A DNA stretch of 64,000 nucleotides from Octopus vulgaris (Eukaryota). The notes beneath the pieces were generated by a model that was not told the origin of the DNA, ran no database searches, and worked only from the letters and a program-made list of their open reading frames with translations. Of this stretch, positions 55,657-64,000 are shown one piece after another. Location: NCBI GenBank assembly GCA_951406725.2, contig OX597821.1, positions 22,134,001 through 22,198,000 of the forward strand, given 5' to 3'. Position 1 is the stretch's first letter; each line of letters opens with the position of its first letter. Made by a program: the position numbers and the translations under genes.

Positions 55657-56342
55657 CTATCTCTGTTTCTCTCTCCTTCTCTCTCTCTTTATGTATCCCT
55701 CCCTCTCTCACTCTCTCCCCATCTTCTCCCTTTATCTCTCCCTCCCTCTCACACTTTCTTTCTCTCCTTCTATCTCTTTATCTCTCTTTCTTTCTCTTTC
55801 TCTCCATTCCTTTTCTCTCACACACATATACAGACATGTACAGACACACAAACACATACATGCCCACGTGTACATAATACACTAAGAGGTTCTCTAAATA
55901 CTATAATTCCATTAAAATTTCCTTCAAAACCAACAAAAAAGAAGTCAACCACACGCCTGTAACGACCACGCCATCAGTACCACTACTACCACCACCACTA
56001 CTATCAACAACATCAATAACAATTACTATTATTATATTCACCAGCTCGAAACAACAACAACAACCATACACCAATGACGACAACAAACACAACGAACAAA
56101 GCAACAACGCACCAACCGACCGACCCTCCTGTAGCACTAATAGAGACGAGAATAGGGAAGCCGTAGAAAGCAAGATGGCAAATATATCGTTAATAGTTGT
56201 AACACGATAGGTCTTTCCGAAAGACGCCATGTCTGAAGTGCGACACAAATTAAGCCCATTGAAACTCCTACGTAATCTTACCTAGCTGTTTCGACAAAAA
56301 CCAATACACCTTTACCGCCATATTGTTATTTTTTTTTCTTCC

Positions 56343-56395
<53 letters not shown>

Positions 56396-57284
56396 TGCGT
56401 GTGTGTACCTGTGTTTGTGCAATCTGTTTATGCATGTATATGTCTATGTGAATGTGCTTAACTCTATGGATGTATATCAGCATGGCTGCTTTTCAAAAAT
56501 ACTTATTTTGCTCTAACGTTTCATGTTTGATATTCTTACATTTTGTTATTGTTCTTCTTGGTATTGCTGTTGTTCTGCTGCTGCTGCTGTTGTTGTTGTT
56601 GTATCTAGAGTGGAACGCGTCTCCGTGGAAGATTCAGGTTTACTACGTTCCTACTTAATGAAAAAGGAAGTTTCCTTTTGCATTATATTGGCGATAAAAG
56701 ATATTTGGATTTTTCAGTGTCGTCTCTGTTTACCTTCGGAGTCGGAGTATAATATTAATCCTCGGACAGCTTAGATTTTAGATTTAGTAAACATTCATTT
56801 ATTAGTTATGCAGAAAGGCTTCCCCTTCAGGATAACCGGTGAACGATAATAGCCACAATAGAGATAGCACTGATCACGCTTCCAATGAACAAGGTGGTAC
56901 TCCAGCCTCATGGTGGTGCTCCAGCATGGCCACAGTCCAGTGACTAAAACTAGGATAAAAGGATATTGACAGAGATTTTTTTTTGAAAGAAATGGAGAAA
57001 GATAAATGACAGCGACATTGAAGCATTTGTAGCACAAGAAAAAATAATAAAACGAAATCATACCCAAATTTTAATTAAAGTTTTGCTAATTGGATCTGTT
57101 AAAAAGACTCGCTGAATACATGTCAATTCCCAGAAAAATAGAATAATGTGGGTCAGGTACAAAGGAGAGGATTTTCTTGCCTGAGAAACGTATTCAGGAT
57201 TGAGGAAAACGGAGGGTAATATATTTAGATTTTATTTACATTATTAACATTCGACGGATATTTGTTCTCATCTTGTTTGTTGTT

Positions 57285-57330
57285 AACACAACGTTTCGGC
57301 TGATATACCCTCCAGCCTTTTTCAGGTGTC
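57285..57330 (-). ncRNA. Minimal hammerhead-like fold with C3/A8 mismatch, probably decayed
   Basis: Minus strand gacac-CTGAAAA-a-ggctg(gagggtatat)cagcc-GAAA-cg-TT-gtgtt. Confidence 0.6.
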
Positions 57331-57389
57331 TTGGGGAAATTTCGAACCCTGGGTTCTCATTCCTAAGGTATTTTTCGATGTTGTTATTA

Positions 57390-57444
<55 letters not shown>

Positions 57445-57445
<1 letters not shown>

Positions 57446-57727
57446 GAGTGAGAGACCAGTGCATGCCATCAAAGTGACACTGGGGTAAAATATACGAAGC
57501 CCAGTATACCCATCATGACTACCCGTCTGATAAGGATGCACTACGGTACACCAAACACATGCATCACAACCATATGTGCGCGATATGGTGATCTCGTATC
57601 AAGATAAACAGGACATGACCTTGCAGGTGGGGCTCAGTTAGAATTTTATCCTGGTCGAGTAACCCATCCCGCTCAAAAGGTCCCTGAATAAGGATTGTTT
57701 AAGGATGTTTGAACGAAACACCCATTT
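57445..57727 (+). mobile_element. Family D repeat, 5' half
   Basis: Reverse complement of ~1035-1304. Confidence 0.8.
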
Positions 57728-57888
57728 ATCGAGCGGTGATGGGGGACAAACACAGACCCAAAGACACATACGCACACACACACACGCGCACACACACACA
57801 CACACACACACATACACAAACACACACATACATACATACATACATACATACATACATACATACATACATACATACATACATACATACA

Positions 57889-57921
<33 letters not shown>

Positions 57922-58082
57922 CTATATGATGGGCTTCTTTCCGTTTCCTCTACTAAATTCACTCACAAGGCTTTGGTCGGCCCAAGCCTGTAGCAGAAAA
58001 CACTCGCCCAAGATGCCACGCAGCGGGACTGAACTCAGAAACAAGAGGTTGAGAGGCAAACTCCTTACCATACAGCCACTTC
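57728..58082 (-). mobile_element. SINE family A 5' half with expanded internal (CA)(TACA) tract
   Basis: cacaaggctttggtcggcc..cccaagatgccacgcag..cttaccatacagccact. Confidence 0.78.
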
Positions 58083-58137
58083 TTACCAGTTAAATGAAAT
58101 TTAGATGTGAAAGTGATGTAAGAGAAATAGTTATTCC

Positions 58138-58512
58138 AAACAAGGCCAGCAATTTTGATGGGTGGAGATTAATCAATTAGATCGATGCAAGTACTTCGGT
58201 GGTACTTATTTTTATCTCCTCCGTAAGGATGAAAGGCAAAGTTGAGCTCGGCCCCATTTAAAGTCACAACTTGATGAACCGGAAGAAATACCACTAAACA
58301 GTTTGTCCGGCACGCTAACGATTCCGCCGGCTCGCTGTCTTGAATGGTTTAGCCGATTGCATTGACCCCAGTTCTTCACTGGTACTTCATTTTACCGACC
58401 CCGAAAGATAAATGTCAAAGTTGACCCCGGCAGTTTTTTTTTTAACTCAGAACATAAATAGCGGAATAAATGTTGCTAATCGTTTTCTCCGGCGCATTAA
58501 CGTTTCTGCTAA
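58138..58512 (-). mobile_element. Two old tandem family B SINEs
   Basis: Two diverged family B cores (58138-58341, 58345-58512). Confidence 0.7.
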
Positions 58513-59120
58513 CACATTATCAAACAGCATCAAAGACAGCGGGGTTAAACAGGGGGGGGGGGCTGTTTAAAAGACAGACAGAGAGACAGACAGACAGACA
58601 GACAGACAGCGAGAGAGTATGAGAGAGGGAAAGCTAAATGTGAGTGTGAGTAAGAGTAAGACAACGGGGACAAAGAAAGGAGTGTGTTTGTATATGTGTG
58701 CATGTGTGAACTTGTGTACGTATGTGTGTGTGTGCGCGCATGCGTATGAATGAATAATTGAGTGAAAGAGCCAGATTTTATAAATCTAGTCATTTCGTTT
58801 GTCTTCTCTTTCCCTTTCAATCACTCACTCACCTCACTCACTCCCACTCCCTTTCCCTTATCTCTTTCTCTCTCTCTCCCTCTCACTCACTCTCTTTTTC
58901 GTTCATATCCTTCATAAGAGACACAAAAAGGAGACTTAGCAAAGAGAGATAAGAGAGAGGAGAAATAGAAGGCGGGAAAGAGAAAAGGAGAAAAGGAGTA
59001 CATATACACACATACATGCATACATGCATGCATACATACATACATACATACATACAAACGTACATACACACATACACACATACACACATACATACATACA
59101 TACATACATGCATACATGTA

Positions 59121-59153
<33 letters not shown>

Positions 59154-59164
59154 GCATAAATACA

Positions 59165-59195
<31 letters not shown>

Positions 59196-59442
59196 GAAGA
59201 GAGAGAGGGAACGTGGAGGAAGATAAAGCGACAGAGAAAACAGATCATATAAAATATAAAATCGATCTTTTGAGCTGCCGAGCTGAAAGTGTGAAGTGAG
59301 AATTTCTAAATGTCTCTCGTTGCATTAAAAGTCACCTTCATCTCAAAAACACTGAATGTCGCTGAACACGAGGACGACATGTTACGTGTGCGTGAATGTA
59401 TGTACGAAAGTACTTATGTACATAGGTATGTATCTATATATG

Positions 59443-59520
<78 letters not shown>

Positions 59521-59555
59521 GTATCTATATATATATATATATGTATGTATATGTT

Positions 59556-59599
<44 letters not shown>

Positions 59600-59646
59600 C
59601 ATATCATACATATATATAGATATATACATATGTATCTATATATATG

Positions 59647-59680
<34 letters not shown>

Positions 59681-59699
59681 CGTATATATACATATACAT

Positions 59700-59771
<72 letters not shown>

Positions 59772-60121
59772 GTACATACATACATACATACATAGGCAGA
59801 TAGATACATATATACATATATATAAATGTATGCAGATTTATATAGGTGAGTATGACTGCGGTTGCATGAGTGTGTGTGTGTGTTCATATCAATCGCTGTT
59901 TGTGACAGGGTATACCCTACAAACAACATTTATATCAATATAAAAAGGGTAGTGTTATATTAATCCAGCTACTTAGATGTCTGTGGCATGTATATATATG
60001 AACGTGTGTGTGTATGTATGTATTATACATATACATATATACATATATATATGTATACGTATGTATGTCATGTACACATATATGTATACACGCACACTCA
60101 CTTATAAGTATATATACATAA

Positions 60122-60152
<31 letters not shown>

Positions 60153-60154
60153 CA

Positions 60155-60186
<32 letters not shown>

Positions 60187-60288
60187 CATATGTGTGTGTG
60201 TGTGTGAGTATCAAGCCATATACGCATGTCTGTGGGAAGGGCGGTGAGGGTATTGTTGAATGTGCGTGCTTGTATGTGTGTGTGAGTA

Positions 60289-60326
<38 letters not shown>

Positions 60327-60570
60327 TGTATCTGTGTTTGTGTGTGTGTGTGGGCAATGCCAACAATAGAACGTCTGTAAAGAACAGCCCTTCACCTCAC
60401 CTCCCACCCTGCGCCTCACCCCCTGAGCAGCCATTGTATTCTTGAAGACAGTGAGAAATTCATGTCAAACTTGGCGGAGTCTTCTTCGAGCTATTGTTGT
60501 TCTCTTGGAACATGTCCTCCGTTCTATTGTTTAATGTTTGTTTCCCACTTCCATTCTTCTCCCACCTTAC

Positions 60571-60615
<45 letters not shown>

Positions 60616-61200
60616 AGCAACAACAACAAAAACAACAATAACAATAACAACAGCAATTGCAATGCATTCTTGAATAACAAGAAATAACAGACAAACCACT
60701 CTCGAACCACACCCCAAATTTTATAGTAAAAGTAACATGCTGTCTGCAGCACCCTATGCCTGCAAATAAGACGAGATTGTCATGGATGGAATGTTCCAAT
60801 TAAATATCTGCCCGATCATGGATGACCTGGGGTTTAACAACAGCGACATCAGCAACAGCAAAATCTACACCGGAACCATGACAACAACACCGACACTAAC
60901 AAAATCAACAATGCAAGAGAATATGTGTGGACGCTCTACTTACTCGAAATAGCAACCAAATCTCTCATTAAAACGTTCTCTACGTCCACATTCTCCAATA
61001 TGTTCTTTTTTTATCTTTAAGACGGAAGAACAACACAATGAAAAGAGTTTTCTTCATGCCCTCTGCCGGCAAAGCTGAAACGACTTCAGTCATGTGTTAA
61101 ATTGATCAGGGCTGATCTGGATACAAACAACTTAAGTCACAACACCAGCAACAATAACAACAACAACAACAATACAACCTCTCTTTGGCACTAAAGTTAA

Positions 61201-61421
61201 CCCTTTCGTTACTGTATTTATTTTGAGATGTTCTATGTTTCTCTCAATTATTTTAGATATAACAAAGAATTTTGTAAAATAACTTGGTTATCATTAAGCT
61301 GGTGTTAGGAACAGTAATTATGACTAAGGTTTGGTGGAAGATTTTAATTCAAAACTTATGAAAACAAGACATTTGTACTACAGAGCCAGAGCCGGTTTCA
61401 GCCAGGTTGGTATCAAAAGGG
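61201..61421. mobile_element. piggyBac-type MITE
   Basis: TTAA at 61197-61200 and 61422-61425; TIRs ccctttcgttac / gtatcaaaaggg. Confidence 0.8.
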
Positions 61422-61669
61422 TTAAGGCGGCCATATATGGTTATACTATATCAGTGTTACACTAGCTGTGTAAAACAGCGATGAATTTACTACATCATCG
61501 TTACAACCACCGTATTACAGTACATGTTACACATTTTCTGTTACAGCGACTAAACATTGTTTCAATGTTACGCAAGCTATATAGCATTGTATTACACTAT
61601 TTGTATCACAAGGTGTTTTACAGTCTCTGTTCTACACGTTGTGTGGTACTTGTGTTACAGTGGAAGTGA

Positions 61670-62180
61670 CAGAGTGTCTATATTACAGATAACTGTTCAA
61701 CTACGACCATATTAATATTCTTGTGATAAGAAAACTGTAGTGTGTCACAAAGCTATCTTGCTAGTACAGTATTTGTGTTACGATTAACTGTTGACTTTCC
61801 TGCTAAACTGTCTGGTTGTTATAGTATCTGTGTGACACAAAATATCCTTTAAGCCACTTCGGTATAACTATCTGTGTTAAAAAAAAGTGTTGAGCTTCCT
61901 GAGTATTACAGTAGCTGTTTCACAAAATAACTACTAAGTTACCTGAGTATTACAGTACTTTTATGTCACAAAATAACTGTTAAATTATCTGAGTCTACAG
62001 TATCTGTATGCCACAAAATAACGGTTAAGTTACTTAGGTAATACAATATTTGTGTCACAAGATTAATGCGTCTGTGTCACAAAATAACTCTTAAGCTTTC
62101 TGAATATTACAGCATCTGTACATCCCAAGATTACTGCTAATCCACCTTTGAGTTACGATATCCGCGTCACAAAACCGCTA
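61670..62180. repeat. Degenerate ~43-45-bp minisatellite
   Basis: Recurrent tacagtatctgtgtcacaaaataactgttaagtt..ctgag-like units. Confidence 0.75.
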
Positions 62181-63184
62181 CAAACTACCAAAGGCTGTTC
62201 TTTTGTTAGATGACCAGATATCAGCTTACTCACATATCTGTTACATTGTAACAGGCTGTACTTATTAGAGATATAGAGTATAACTTTATCCGGTTTTGGA
62301 GATAAGCTGTGTCACATCTTGCCAGATCTACGAACTAATTAACAATAATTCCACACTGTTTGCATTGCTGATGTCTTTGACGAAGCATCAACATCACTAA
62401 GGTCCCGAACTAAATACACTAATTTTATAGTAATAGTTTTGGTGGCATTTTTTCGAGTGATATTTAGGTATTTTGTGCTTTGAATCAGTTAAGTCTGACT
62501 TATGGCATGCGTGTCACCTGTAACACGCCACGATTTTCAGGTAACACGCGATCGATTGTAAAAAAAACAAATTTCACTACAATACCCTACAATAAAAAAG
62601 CTCACTAAATTTGACCCAAAAAAACGTCAAAACTTTAAACATACTATTTATCGAAACAAAATTATATTTTTCAGTGATATTTAGTGCTGTCAAAATTTGT
62701 ATTACAACCCATAAGTTAAAAGTTTCTTAAAAATTAATGAATTAGTAACTCATAATTAGCTGCTCACACAGATTAATACGACATGATAATTGCTTGATTC
62801 TAGCTTCTTATTTCACCCAATATTTTTTTTCTTTTTTCTCAACCTAATTATAAAGGCATCAACAGATAATAAAAATTTAAATAGTCGTAAAAAAATGGAC
62901 GATATTTTTAAGATCGGTCGACTGAAACAATATGGTGCTGTTGATAAAGGTGAAAGACTGATAAAGCTTCTCTGTGTTTTTGTTTTTTTTTAATTTTATT
63001 TTCATAGGCTAAGACATGGCTGTATAGTTAAGACGTTCGATTTTTAACCACGTAGGTTCAATTCCACTACGTGGAACTCTGAGCAAATATGTCTTATACT
63101 ATAACCCCAGGCTGGTTAATGTCTTGTGAATGAGTTTAGTAGACAGAAACTGTGTGGATAGGCCAAAATATTGGCTTTATAAAG

Positions 63185-63420
63185 TAATTTCCAGAAGCTG
63201 TTGGTCATCTCTTTGTTTTTTTTCCATTGTTATTATACATCAAAAAGTACATAGAAGTAGGTATTACAGATTTAGACGATATGATGAAAGTTACGAATAT
63301 AGACAGCCAATTTATCAAACACAATTTACTTCTAAATGAAATTCAATAACTTTACAGGGGTTTATTAAGGTAAATAATCTACGGTGGTCGTGGTCAAGTA
63401 CTTGAATAGTTTGTTGAATG
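63185..63420 (+). pseudogene. Possible hAT (Charlie/SPIN-like) transposase relic
   Basis: Frameshifted remnants FHC.IHQ, DMMKV, RW.RGQVLE in the expected order. Confidence 0.35.
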
Positions 63421-63446
63421 TTTAAATGACTGTTATGACGTGGGTA

Positions 63447-63835
63447 GTGGAGGCGCAATGGCCCAGTGGTTAGGGCAGCAGACTCGTGGTCATAGGATCG
63501 CGGTTTCGATTCCCAGACCGGGCGTTGTGAGTGTTTATTGAGCGAAAACACCTAAAAGCTCCACGAGGCTCCGGCAGGGGATGGTGGTGATCCCTGCTGT
63601 ACTCTTTCACCACAACTTTCTCTCACTCTTACTTCCTGTTTCTGTTGTACCTGTATTTCAAAGGGCCAGCCTTGTCACTCTCTGTGTCACGCTGAATATC
63701 CCCGAGAACTACGTTAAGGGTACACGTGTCTGTGGAGTGCTCAGCCACTTACATGTTAATTTCACGAGCAGGCTGTTCCGTTGATTCGGATCAACCGGAA
63801 CCCTCGTCGTCGTAACCGACGGAGTGCTTCCATCC
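63447..63835 (+). mobile_element. tRNA-Arg-like SINE family C, full length, 12-bp TSD
   Basis: A box TGGCCCAGTGG, TCG anticodon-like loop, B box GTTTCGATTCC; TSD atgacgtgggta 63435-63446 / 63836-63847. Confidence 0.93.
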
Positions 63836-64000
63836 ATGACGTGGGTATACAGGTCTAGTGTAAAATAATAACCCCGTCAGCTACGCTCTTTGGCAGTTCA
63901 CTCACTTCTTATTTATTGTAATCGATTAATCCACCTTGAGTCATGTGGGAGTGTTCAGGATATCTGCCAAAACAATAACATAATAGTATTTAATAATATG

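Noticed and set aside
61670-62180. CRISPR-like array
   Set aside because: Whole units are similar with no unique spacers, there are no cas genes, and the DNA is eukaryotic
62505-62555. ttttcag|gtaaca as a recursive splice site
   Set aside because: Short pyrimidine tract, weak donor, and part of a hairpin (gcgtgtcacctg/caggtaacacgc) in a probable transposon relic
63447-63525. tRNA-Arg gene
   Set aside because: It is the head of a TSD-bounded multicopy SINE with no proper acceptor stem

Overview
AT-rich, microsatellite-saturated animal DNA with no recognisable host protein-coding exon. Nearly all listed ORFs are artefacts of (TA)n, (TG)n, (TAGA)n, (TACA)n and trinucleotide tracts. The repeat set resembles, from my recollection, that of Octopus genomes; the species is an inference and not a search result. 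Contents: three tRNA-type SINE families, one unclassified retroposon, RTE and CR1 LINE 3' fragments, Penelope-like (PLE) RT/GIY-YIG relics, an internally deleted Helitron with both ends intact, and mariner- and piggyBac-type MITEs. Two signals stand out. (1) About ten hammerhead-ribozyme-like folds lie in PLE-type terminal repeats. They include canonical C3-G8 cores and compensatory U3-A8 (99-139; 33.2/33.6 kb) and G3-C8 (11945-11994) cores, an A6-variant family, and one with a ~98-nt stem II region. (2) A branch point + polypyrimidine tract + CAG|GTAAGT at 41543/41544 matches a recursive-splicing site and suggests the window is inside a very long + strand intron. All coordinates and alignments were read by eye; ends of old repeats are approximate.
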